Part shown: in pieces, positions 8,831 through 17,021 of the stretch
How the letters are laid out: each line of letters opens with the position of its first letter
Position numbering within the stretch: position 1 is the stretch's first letter
Assembly: GCA_029939655.1 (NCBI GenBank)
Contig: JAOZSO010000001.1
Location: forward strand, 1 to 34,229
DNA from: Desulfobacterales bacterium
GTDB lineage: Bacteria; Desulfobacterota; Desulfobacteria; Desulfobacterales; B30-G6
DNA: 34,229 bases
Direction: 5' to 3'
Notes under the pieces: generated by a model
Told to the model about the DNA's origin: nothing
Seen by the model: the letters and a program-made list of their open reading frames with translations, nothing else
Databases searched by the model: none
Program-made: the position numbers and the translations under genes

Positions 8831-9017
8831 GAGGGGGAAACCAGGGTTGGAGGGGAAATACATCGGTTTAGGTTTTAGGTATTAGGTATTAGGTTCAACT
8901 AAGAGCAGACAGCTATCAGCAGCAATAAATGACGCCTGAAGGGCAAATATCATCCGGAGGATAAATGACACGCGCAGCGTAAATCTCGCGTGTAACGCAA
9001 ATAAAAGCTATGGCTTG
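8831..9017 (+). repeat. Composite intergenic repeat, copy R2 (G-rich module, TTAGG-type tandem, 5 x 18-bp units)
   Basis: gagggggaaaccagggttggaggggaaa is followed by ggtttaggttttaggtattaggtattaggtt and then agctatcagcagca. 18-bp units begin at 8928, 8946, 8964, 8982 and 9000. It aligns module-for-module with R4. Confidence 0.85.
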
Positions 9018-9066
9018 AAGCGACCCTACATTCTTTAGGCAGCAATAAAAATAAAGGAGCCGTCCC

Positions 9067-11715
9067 ATGAAAAATCTCTTCAAAACAATTTTGCATGATC
9101 GCCATGTCGACCTGGGTGCCCAGATGGTCGAATTCGGGGGCTGGGTCATGCCCATACAGTATCCACAGGGAATTGTCCGGGAACACCTTGCAACAAGACG
9201 GCATGCCGGTCTTTTTGATGTGTCGCATATGGGCCGATTCACTCTCCGTGGTCAGGATGCGCTGCCGTTTTTACAGCATGTCCTTTCCAACAATGCCGTC
9301 GGACTTGAGGAGGGAGAAAGTCAGTATACCTTGATTCCAAATGATCGCGGCGGCGCCATCGACGATGCCTATCTCTATCGCTTTCATGCAGATGAATACC
9401 TGCTGGTGGTCAATGCCGGCAACCGTCTCAAAGACTGGGATCACTTTCAGTCATCTCTGCCTGATTTCAAAAATGTCATCATGGAGGATAAAACCAAAGA
9501 CATATCCATGCTGAGCCTGCAGGGATCGACTTCCAAAGACATACTTCAAAAGATAATGGACACCGGCGCTCTTCCGGAACCCATGCGAAACCATCTCAGC
9601 ATTGCCACCATTCAAGGTAGAAAAGTATTGATCGCGCGCACGGGATACACCGGGGAACCCCTCTGCTTTGAACTGTTCATCGACAGTGCTGACACACCCG
9701 GTATCTGGGATCTGCTGATGGATCAGGGCGCCCACCCTGTTGGACTGGGTGCGCGGGACACTCTCAGACTTGAAGCAGGTCTTCCGCTGTACGGACACGA
9801 ACTGGGAATGGATCCGGACAATAAGGAAATCCCGATCTACGCGTCGCCTCTGTCAAGGTTTGCTGTGAGTCTGTCTCCTTTAAAAAAAGACTTCATCGGT
9901 CGAAATGCCCTTGAAAAGCAATTTGAAGCATTTAAAAAAATTGCTGACCGGGACTATTCCCTCATTCATGACCTCCCTCGCTGCATCATGCCGGTGGCAT
10001 TGAAAAAAAAGAGCGTAGCCCGTGCCGGATACAAGGTTTTTCAGGGTAATCGTCATGTCGGATATGTCACCAGCGGCACCATGATTCCGAGATGGGAGAT
10101 CGAGGGAGAAGGCATCTTCTCGAAATTGACCGAGAATCATGGTCTCAGAGGAATCTGCCTGGCACTGGTAGACAGCACGCTGGTGGAAGGCGACGACATC
10201 GAGATCGAAATCCGGTCAAAACAGGTGCCGGCGGTTATCGTTCCCTTTCATATGCGAAGCGAAGCACCGCCCTTTGCCAGGTCTATCCCCTGGGACAGGA
10301 TTGGGCAGGAAAAGGGACCGTCAGGAAAAGAGGAAATATCCAAAAACGTTCAATCTCTTCTCATAAAATCGATTCGAAATACAGAATGGCGGCAAAAGGA
10401 GTGCATCAACCTCATCCCGTCAGAACAGACCCAGTCCGAACTCATACGCTTGCTCTCCATCATGGACCCCTGCGGACGGTATGCTGAACACAAGCAGGTA
10501 AGTGCATTCAGTGAAGCCGAGGTTTTTTATTACCAGGGAACCGATTTCATTGCCGAAGTCGAGGCAAAACTCGAAACAGAGTTAAAAAAGTTTTTTGGGT
10601 GTCAGCAGGTCGAAACCCGACTGGTCTCGGGCCAGATGGCCAATATGGCCCTGTTCAGCGCACTGGTGGACTATATCAATCGAGCCGACCGGAAAAGTGA
10701 GCAACGACGACTCAGGAAAGTGATGAACAACCATATCATCAAAGGCGGCCATCTGAGTGCACAGCCCATGGGAGCGTTGAGAGACTTTGTGGCCCGGGAC
10801 CCCTTGTCTGAAAAACCGGCTGTGGTAAACTTTCCGGTCCTGCCCGAGAACCCCTATAAAATTGACCTGAGTGCCTGCGAGACTCTCATCCAAAAACATG
10901 AACCGGAACTTATTATCTTTGGCAAAAGTATGGTCCTCCACAAGGAGCCCGTCACAGAAGTTCGTCGAATAATCAATGGTCTGGGAATTGATTCGGTTAT
11001 CATGTACGATATGGCTCACGTTCTGGGCCTGGTAGGCCCCCACTTTCAGGAGCCATTTAAAGAAGGAGCGGATTTCATAACAGGATCTACCCATAAAACC
11101 TTTTTCGGGACACAACGGGGTATCATCGGCACGGATATCACGGATGAAGACCCCCGGTTCGAACTGTGGGAAGCCGTAAAACGCCGGGCATTCCCCGGAA
11201 GTGTCAGCAATCATCACCTGGGAACGATTTTAGGACTCCTGATGGCGACATACGAGATGAACCATTTCAAAGATGAATACCCTAAAAAAGTGCTCGACAA
11301 TGCACGCGTCTTCGCCAAAGCATTGAACGACTGCGGATTGAGCGTGGCCGGCGATCCGGAAATCTCTTTTACAGAAACCCACCAGGTTATACTCAACGTC
11401 GGCTATGCAAAGGGGCCTGCGATCGCCAGGAAACTGGAAGAGAACAACCTCATCGTCAACTACCAGGCAGCCCCGGTGGAAGAAGGTTTTACGGCTTCCG
11501 GATCTCTTCGCATGGGTGTACAGGAAATGACACGTTTTGGCATGGAGGCTACGGATTTCGAAGAACTGGCGCAATTCTTCAAGGATGTTCTGGTGGATAA
11601 CCGGACCGTCAAGGAAGCCGTTATATCGTTTCGAAACCGTTTTTTAGAGATGAAATACTGTTTTACAACGGATCAGGTCGGTGATAAAATCCAGAAATTG
11701 CATGAACTACTATAA
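9067..11715 (+). CDS. gcvT: Fusion protein: glycine-cleavage T protein (aminomethyltransferase) N-terminal half plus serine hydroxymethyltransferase-like PLP domain C-terminal half
   Basis: Residues 1 to about 420 are GcvT-like (HAGLFDVSHMGRF, EYLLVVNAGN, GARDTLRLEAGLPLYGHEL). Residues about 440-882 are SHMT-like (NLIPSEQ, VSGQMANMALF, YDMAHVLGLVG, PLP-lysine motif GSTHKTFFGTQRG). It is a single uninterrupted 882-aa ORF with an AAGGAG SD. Confidence 0.85.
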   Translation: MKNLFKTILHDRHVDLGAQMVEFGGWVMPIQYPQGIVREHLATRRHAGLFDVSHMGRFTLRGQDALPFLQHVLSNNAVGLEEGESQYTLIPNDRGGAIDDAYLYRFHADEYLLVVNAGNRLKDWDHFQSSLPDFKNVIMEDKTKDISMLSLQGSTSKDILQKIMDTGALPEPMRNHLSIATIQGRKVLIARTGYTGEPLCFELFIDSADTPGIWDLLMDQGAHPVGLGARDTLRLEAGLPLYGHELGMDPDNKEIPIYASPLSRFAVSLSPLKKDFIGRNALEKQFEAFKKIADRDYSLIHDLPRCIMPVALKKKSVARAGYKVFQGNRHVGYVTSGTMIPRWEIEGEGIFSKLTENHGLRGICLALVDSTLVEGDDIEIEIRSKQVPAVIVPFHMRSEAPPFARSIPWDRIGQEKGPSGKEEISKNVQSLLIKSIRNTEWRQKECINLIPSEQTQSELIRLLSIMDPCGRYAEHKQVSAFSEAEVFYYQGTDFIAEVEAKLETELKKFFGCQQVETRLVSGQMANMALFSALVDYINRADRKSEQRRLRKVMNNHIIKGGHLSAQPMGALRDFVARDPLSEKPAVVNFPVLPENPYKIDLSACETLIQKHEPELIIFGKSMVLHKEPVTEVRRIINGLGIDSVIMYDMAHVLGLVGPHFQEPFKEGADFITGSTHKTFFGTQRGIIGTDITDEDPRFELWEAVKRRAFPGSVSNHHLGTILGLLMATYEMNHFKDEYPKKVLDNARVFAKALNDCGLSVAGDPEISFTETHQVILNVGYAKGPAIARKLEENNLIVNYQAAPVEEGFTASGSLRMGVQEMTRFGMEATDFEELAQFFKDVLVDNRTVKEAVISFRNRFLEMKYCFTTDQVGDKIQKLHELL

Positions 11716-11720
11716 GAGAC

Positions 11721-11806
11721 AGACTGTAGGCTGTTAGACTGTTAGGCTATTAGCCGCCTAATCGTCTAACAGCCTAATAGCCTAAAAACCTAAACAACCT
11801 AAAACC
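11721..11806 (-). repeat. Composite repeat, copy R3 (nested palindromes plus reversed CCTAAA module)
   Basis: A perfect 13-bp inverted repeat taggctgttagac / gtctaacagccta lies at 11727-11739 and 11764-11776. An internal palindrome ggctattagcc lies at 11745-11755. cctaaaaacctaaacaacctaaaacc (11781-11806) is the reverse complement of the TTTAGG module of R1, R2 and R4. Confidence 0.75.
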
Positions 11807-11826
11807 TTTTTTTATAGGAGACCGTC

Positions 11827-12225
11827 ATGAAAGAATTGAGTGAGCTGAATTTTCCGGACGATGTCATGTATACCGACGATCACGAATGGACAAAAATGGA
11901 AAATGACGAGGCCATCATCGGCATCAGCGACTATGCACAGGATCAATTGGGAGACATCGTTTTTGTCGAACTGCCCCAGGTTGGCGAGACGTTTGAAAAG
12001 GGTGCCGAGTTTGGAACGGTGGAATCAGTCAAAGCCGTATCAGAACTGTTCCTGCCTGTGAGCGGCGAGATTGTTGCCGTCAATGACGCACTGGAAGACA
12101 CGCCTGAACTGCTCAACAATGAACCCTATACCGGGGGATGGATGCTCCGGATCAAGCTCAGTGAAAAATCTGAATTTGACCAGCTGATGAATAAAAACGC
12201 CTATCTCGAATCATTGAAGGGGTGA
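11827..12225 (+). CDS. gcvH: Glycine cleavage system H protein (lipoyl carrier)
   Basis: 132 aa. Lipoyl-lysine motif ESVKAVSE. Typical YTDDHEW N-terminus. Confidence 0.95.
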   Translation: MKELSELNFPDDVMYTDDHEWTKMENDEAIIGISDYAQDQLGDIVFVELPQVGETFEKGAEFGTVESVKAVSELFLPVSGEIVAVNDALEDTPELLNNEPYTGGWMLRIKLSEKSEFDQLMNKNAYLESLKG

Positions 12226-12229
12226 TAAC

Positions 12230-13564
12230 ATGAGATATTTACCGCACACGCAAGAAGATATCGCCGATATGCTGAAAAAAATCGGCGCCGGCAGTCTGGA
12301 TGATCTGTTTACATCCATTCCGGATGACTGCCGCAGAAAATCAGACCTCGATCTGCCGCAAGCCAAGACCGAATGGGAACTGAACCGGCACATGAGCGGA
12401 CTGGCTGAACAAATGGCGGTCTGCCCGGATTACAAGGTGTTCATCGGTGCCGGCAGTTATGATCATTACATTCCAGAGGTGATCAAACAGCTTTTGGGCA
12501 GGTCAGAGTTTTTCACAGCCTATACCCCCTATCAACCGGAAATGAGCCAGGGCACGCTTCAAGCCATTTATGAATACCAGACGCTTACCACCCGCCTTCT
12601 GGGGTTGGACGTGGCCAATGCCTCCATGTATGACGGGGCTTCCTCTCTGGCGGAAGCGCTCCTGATGTCCGTCCGGATCACCCGGCGAAAAAAGGTAGCT
12701 ATTTCCCGTCTCATCCATCCCCTGTATCGGCAAGTGGTTCGAACCTACTTCGCACCCACAGAGTTCGAAGTTGTCGAACTTCCTGTTCTGGAATCCGGTC
12801 AAACAGACATGACCGGCCTCCAGGATCTCGAGACCTTTGCAGGCGTGGCAGTTCAATCACCCAACTATTTTGGATGCATCGAGAACTTGAGTGCCCTTGG
12901 AGAAAAAATCCATTCGGACAACAAAACACTCTTCATCGTCTCTTTCACGGAGCCCCTTGCCTATGGCATATTAAAAAACCCCGGCAGTCTCGGTGCCGAC
13001 ATTGCCTGTGGTGAGGGACAGAGCCTCGGTGTTCCCAGCTCTTTCGGCGGTCCCGGTCTTGGCATGTTTGCAGCCAAAAAGACCTACATGAGAAATATGC
13101 CCGGCCGACTCGTTGGCCGGACACAGGATATTGAAGGCAAAAGAGGTTTTGTTTTGACCCTCTCCACCAGAGAGCAACACATTCGCCGGGAAAAAGCCAC
13201 CTCGAACATCTGCTCCAATCAGGGGTTATGTGCCACGGCCGCAGCCATGTATATGGCAACCCTGGGAGGCACCGGCATTCGAAAACTGGCGGAATTGAAC
13301 CATGACAAAGCCGCTTATCTCCAAAATGAATTGAAAACTGCCGGGTTTGAAGTTCCCTTTGATACACCTGTCTTCAATGAGTTTGTTATCAAATTTCCAG
13401 AGGGCTTTGAGAAAACCTATGCAAACCTGCTGGCCAAAAAAATAGTACCGGGGCTTTCGCTGACACCGGATTATCCGGAGTTTCCCGATTACTATCTGTT
13501 GTGTGTGACTGAAACCATGGACAAAGCGGATATGGACCTGCTGGTCAAGGAGGTGACATCATGA
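12230..13564 (+). CDS. gcvPA: Glycine dehydrogenase (decarboxylating) subunit 1
   Basis: 444 aa. The N-terminal MRYLPHT..DI..ML pattern is typical of split P-protein subunit 1. It lies directly after gcvH and overlaps gcvPB by 4 nt (ATGA). Confidence 0.9.
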   Translation: MRYLPHTQEDIADMLKKIGAGSLDDLFTSIPDDCRRKSDLDLPQAKTEWELNRHMSGLAEQMAVCPDYKVFIGAGSYDHYIPEVIKQLLGRSEFFTAYTPYQPEMSQGTLQAIYEYQTLTTRLLGLDVANASMYDGASSLAEALLMSVRITRRKKVAISRLIHPLYRQVVRTYFAPTEFEVVELPVLESGQTDMTGLQDLETFAGVAVQSPNYFGCIENLSALGEKIHSDNKTLFIVSFTEPLAYGILKNPGSLGADIACGEGQSLGVPSSFGGPGLGMFAAKKTYMRNMPGRLVGRTQDIEGKRGFVLTLSTREQHIRREKATSNICSNQGLCATAAAMYMATLGGTGIRKLAELNHDKAAYLQNELKTAGFEVPFDTPVFNEFVIKFPEGFEKTYANLLAKKIVPGLSLTPDYPEFPDYYLLCVTETMDKADMDLLVKEVTS

Positions 13565-15015
13565 AAGATCTCATGGGATCCACCGGTCTGATACTCAATG
13601 AACCCCTTTTGTGGGAAAAGGGTAAAAAAGGACGGACCGGGTTCTCTTTGCCTAATAGCGATGTCCCGTCATCCCCGCTGGTTGAAGAACTGATCGGGGT
13701 AGGGCCTGATTTCCCCGACCTGAGCGAGGTCGATGTCGTGAGACATTACACGCATCTTTCCACCTGGAACTTCGGGGTCGACAGCGGTATGTACCCCCTG
13801 GGGTCCTGCACCATGAAGTACAATCCCAAAACCAATGAACGCCAGGCATCACTGCCGGGCCTTGCCCAGGCGCATCCCTTGCTGCCGCCGGAATTGGCCC
13901 AGGGCGTTCTCAGAATCATGTTTGATCTCGAGAAACATCTGGCCGAAATCACAGGGCTGCCGGCCGTCACGTTGCAACCGGCCGCCGGTGCCCAGGGAGA
14001 GCTCACAGGCATGCTCCTGTTTTACGCTTTTCACATGATGAACAAAGAAAGGCGAACCAAAATTCTCATACCGGACACGGCCCACGGTACCAACCCTGCA
14101 AGTGCCGCCCTGTGTGGTTTCCGATCGATTTCCGTTGCATCCAATGCACAGGGTGTTCTTTCACCGGACGATGTGGATGCCCTCATGGATGAGGACACGG
14201 CAGGCATCATGGTCACGAACCCGAACACACTGGGTCTTTTTGAAGAACACATCAAACAGATATCGGACATCGTACATGCCAAAGGCGGCCTGGTATACGC
14301 AGACGGCGCCAACATGAACGCCGTGATGGGTATGGTTAACATGGCGGACCTCGGAGTGGATGTGCTGCACCTCAACCTCCACAAGACATTTTCGACTCCC
14401 CATGGTGGCGGTGGACCGGGCAGTGGACCGGTTTGCGTCACAAAAAAACTCGAACCCTTTCTGCCGGTGCCCAGAGTAGTTCATGTCCAGGGCAGGTATG
14501 AACTCTCTTATGATTTCCCGGAATCGATCGGCAAAGTTCACGCATTTTACGGAAATTTCGGGATTCAAATTCGGGCCTATTCCTATATCCTTTCCATGGG
14601 CGACCAGTTGAAAACAGCAAGTCAACTGGCGGTGCTGAACGCCAATTATCTGAAAGAGAGCCTCCGGGACATTTTTCACTTGCCCTATGACAGGCCCTGT
14701 ATGCATGAATGTGTCTTCACGGACAAATATCAACAAGTATACAAGGTAAGCACCCTCGACATTGCCAAGCGACTGATAGACTACGGTTTTCATCCACCCA
14801 CCGTCTATTTCCCTCTCGTGGTCCAGGGTGCTTTGATGATGGAGCCCACGGAAACGGAATCCAAAGAGGATCTCGATCGCTTTATCGAAGCCTTGAGGCA
14901 GATTGCCCAGGAAGCCAAAGACAATCCGGATTTGCTGCTGCAGGCCCCTGTCAAAACCAAGGTCCGGCGACTGGACGAAACCATGGCGGCACGAAAGCCC
15001 TGTCTTGCCGGTTAA
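13561..15015 (+). CDS. gcvPB: Glycine dehydrogenase (decarboxylating) subunit 2
   Basis: 484 aa. PLP-lysine motif HLNLHKTFSTPHGGGGPG. TAA stop at 15013-15015. Confidence 0.95.
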   Translation: MKDLMGSTGLILNEPLLWEKGKKGRTGFSLPNSDVPSSPLVEELIGVGPDFPDLSEVDVVRHYTHLSTWNFGVDSGMYPLGSCTMKYNPKTNERQASLPGLAQAHPLLPPELAQGVLRIMFDLEKHLAEITGLPAVTLQPAAGAQGELTGMLLFYAFHMMNKERRTKILIPDTAHGTNPASAALCGFRSISVASNAQGVLSPDDVDALMDEDTAGIMVTNPNTLGLFEEHIKQISDIVHAKGGLVYADGANMNAVMGMVNMADLGVDVLHLNLHKTFSTPHGGGGPGSGPVCVTKKLEPFLPVPRVVHVQGRYELSYDFPESIGKVHAFYGNFGIQIRAYSYILSMGDQLKTASQLAVLNANYLKESLRDIFHLPYDRPCMHECVFTDKYQQVYKVSTLDIAKRLIDYGFHPPTVYFPLVVQGALMMEPTETESKEDLDRFIEALRQIAQEAKDNPDLLLQAPVKTKVRRLDETMAARKPCLAG

Positions 15016-15022
15016 CCCGGAC

Positions 15023-15769
15023 ATGGTAAGACAACAGTCGCCCACACCGATACAAACCTGCTGGTGCTTGGATCTCCAGACAATGGATTATTCAGAAGCC
15101 TGGGAATTTCAACAGGCCATCGTCAGGGACAGCATTGGGAAAAAAAATTCCCGGGATATCATTCTGCTTGTAGAACACCCCCCGGTTTTTACACTGGGTC
15201 GCAGGGGGGGAATTGAAAATTTGACAGTCTCCGATGCCTTTCTGAAAACATCAGGCATACAGGTCATACAGGTGGAAAGGGGCGGGGACATCACATATCA
15301 CGGTCCCGGCCAGATGGTGATCTATCCGATCCTGGATCTGGATCGTCAACGACTCGGCATCACGGAACTGGTTTTTATGCTCGAAGAAATCATGATCCGT
15401 GTTTCCGAATCCCTCGGGGTCCAGGCTACGCGAAATCCCAGGAATCGCGGTGTGTGGGTCGGGGACAAAAAACTTGGCAGCGTTGGTCTTGCCGTCCGAA
15501 AGGGAATCAGTTTTCATGGAATAGCTCTGAACGTCAACCTTTCCATGACGCCCTTCAAATGGATTCATCCCTGCGGTCTTATGAATATTTCCATGACTTC
15601 CCTCGCAAGAGAACTTCCCCAAAGACCTTCCATGCAAACAGTGCGGGAACTAACAAAAAAACATTTAGGGGATGTTTTCGGACTACAGTTGGAAGAAGTA
15701 TCTCGGGAAATGTTGGGTGAAAAGATAGGGGGCAAGGGGAAAAACAACGTGTTAAGTTTTAGGTTTTAA
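15023..15769 (+). CDS. lipB: Octanoyltransferase (lipoyl(octanoyl) transferase)
   Basis: RGGDITYHGPGQ and the catalytic Cys context IHPCGL are present. The ATG at 15023 follows the gcvPB stop, whereas the track start at 14903 overlaps gcvPB. The last ~13 codons (GGKGKNNVLSFRF) are encoded by modules of repeat R4. Confidence 0.85.
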   Translation: MVRQQSPTPIQTCWCLDLQTMDYSEAWEFQQAIVRDSIGKKNSRDIILLVEHPPVFTLGRRGGIENLTVSDAFLKTSGIQVIQVERGGDITYHGPGQMVIYPILDLDRQRLGITELVFMLEEIMIRVSESLGVQATRNPRNRGVWVGDKKLGSVGLAVRKGISFHGIALNVNLSMTPFKWIHPCGLMNISMTSLARELPQRPSMQTVRELTKKHLGDVFGLQLEEVSREMLGEKIGGKGKNNVLSFRF

Positions 15770-15921
15770 GTGTTAGGTAAGTCCCAAGCTATCAGCGACA
15801 ATAAATTACGCCCGCAGGGCTAATGACCATAAATAACAGCCGGAGGCGTAATGTCGCGCGCAGCGCAAATGTCGTCCGCAGGACAAATATCGCCCGGAGA
15901 ACAAATGTCACACGAAGTACC
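15728..15921 (+). repeat. Composite intergenic repeat, copy R4 (G-rich module, TTTAGG tandem, ~6 x 18-bp units)
   Basis: gggggcaaggggaaaaacaacgtgttaagttttaggttttaagtgttaggtaag is followed by agctatcagcgaca. 18-bp units begin at 15804, 15832, 15850, 15868, 15886 and 15904, with a 10-bp partial at 15822. Confidence 0.85.
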
Positions 15922-16771
15922 AGCAAAACCAGCATGGCTGAAGCGGCGCCTGCCCGCGGGATCGGGTTTTGAAAAGGTTCGTGCGCTTATCGATAATTGC
16001 CACTTGCACACGGTTTGTCAGGAAGCCAAATGTCCCAACATCTGGGAATGTTTTTCCCGGCAAACTGCCACATTCCTCATCCTGGGAGACCGCTGCACCC
16101 GAAATTGCCGATTCTGCGCCGTTGCCCAAGGGCCTGAAAAGCTGCCCGACCCGGATGAGCCTGAACATGTGGCCTCCGCGGTTCACCAGCTGAAACTTGC
16201 CTATGTGGTTATTACCTCCGTTACCCGGGATGATTTGCCGGACGGCGGTGCACATCATTTTGCAAGGACGATTCAAGCGGTAAGGAATCGATGCCCCAAG
16301 GTCGGTATCGAGGTGCTGATACCCGATTTTCAGGGAAACCATGACGCATGGCAGACCATACTCGAATCACGACCTGACGTTATTAATCACAACCTGGAAA
16401 CCATCCAGCGTCTTTACCCGACGGTCAGACCGGAAGCGGATTACAGTCAATCTCTCGATCTTATCCGGTATGTAGCGGACAACAATAGGAACATCTCTAC
16501 CAAATCCGGACTCATGCTCGGGCTGGGAGAAACAAGAAAGGAAGTTGTGACGGTCTTTGCAGATCTCATCCAGGCCGGATGCCATCTCCTGACTCTGGGC
16601 CAATACCTGCAACCCAGCAAGGATCATCTCCCGGTGGCCCGTTATGTGCCGCCAGAGGAATTTAATGCGTTGAAAAAAAAGGCCCTTGAAATGGGTTTCA
16701 GCGATGTTGCCGCTGATCCGTTTGTGCGCAGTTCCTATCGAGCCAAGGAACTTTTTAGCGGTAAGTCTTAA
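15905..16771 (+). CDS. lipA: Lipoyl synthase (radical SAM)
   Basis: CQEAKCPNIWEC auxiliary-cluster motif and CTRNCRFC radical-SAM motif. KPAWLKRRLP is a typical LipA N-terminus. The upstream in-frame ATGs at 15851 and 15869 lie in the 18-bp repeat units, so I prefer 15905. Confidence 0.9.
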   Translation: MSHEVPAKPAWLKRRLPAGSGFEKVRALIDNCHLHTVCQEAKCPNIWECFSRQTATFLILGDRCTRNCRFCAVAQGPEKLPDPDEPEHVASAVHQLKLAYVVITSVTRDDLPDGGAHHFARTIQAVRNRCPKVGIEVLIPDFQGNHDAWQTILESRPDVINHNLETIQRLYPTVRPEADYSQSLDLIRYVADNNRNISTKSGLMLGLGETRKEVVTVFADLIQAGCHLLTLGQYLQPSKDHLPVARYVPPEEFNALKKKALEMGFSDVAADPFVRSSYRAKELFSGKS

Positions 16772-16809
16772 GCGATAAGCGGTATACTGCTTCTTGGGAA
16801 TAAGTATAT

Positions 16810-17021
16810 ACATTCGGTCGAGTATTTTCAATATATGTTTTTTTATTATACTGCCTGGATGAGTGGGACGTCTTATCATTTTTCGCATAATTCAATCTCC
16901 TAAGGATAGTCATCATAATTGACAACATATGCGTCTCCATCGATGAAATTAAAGAATAAACACCAATTGCCGGATACTTTGACTGCATGAAGGCTTTTAG
17001 ATTTACAAATTCAATCATCAC
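16810..17021 (-). pseudogene. Possible degraded higB/higA-type toxin-antitoxin remnant
   Basis: The ORF from 17021 begins MIEFVNLKAF...MMTILRRLNYAKN, which is loosely like the HigB killer-protein N-terminal half. A second frame from 16888 begins MRKMIRRPTHPGSIIKKHILK, which resembles the P-x-HPGE-x-L N-terminus of HigA antidotes. That second frame then runs into lipA antisense with no HTH domain. Similarity was judged by eye only. Confidence 0.3.

Noticed and set aside
8831-8858. The G-tracts gagggggaaaccagggttggaggggaaa (and gggggcaagggg at 15728-15739) could form a G-quadruplex.
   Set aside because: Only three runs of three or more G are present at 8831-8858, and only two at 15728-15739. 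A canonical four-run G4 cannot form, so this is better described as a conserved module of the repeat family.
16367-16888. 173-aa minus-strand ORF overlapping the 3' third of lipA.
   Set aside because: Almost all of it is antisense to the well-supported lipA gene. Only the first ~20 codons, outside lipA, carry a HigA-like HPG motif. That part is treated as a possible pseudogene remnant, not as a 173-aa gene.
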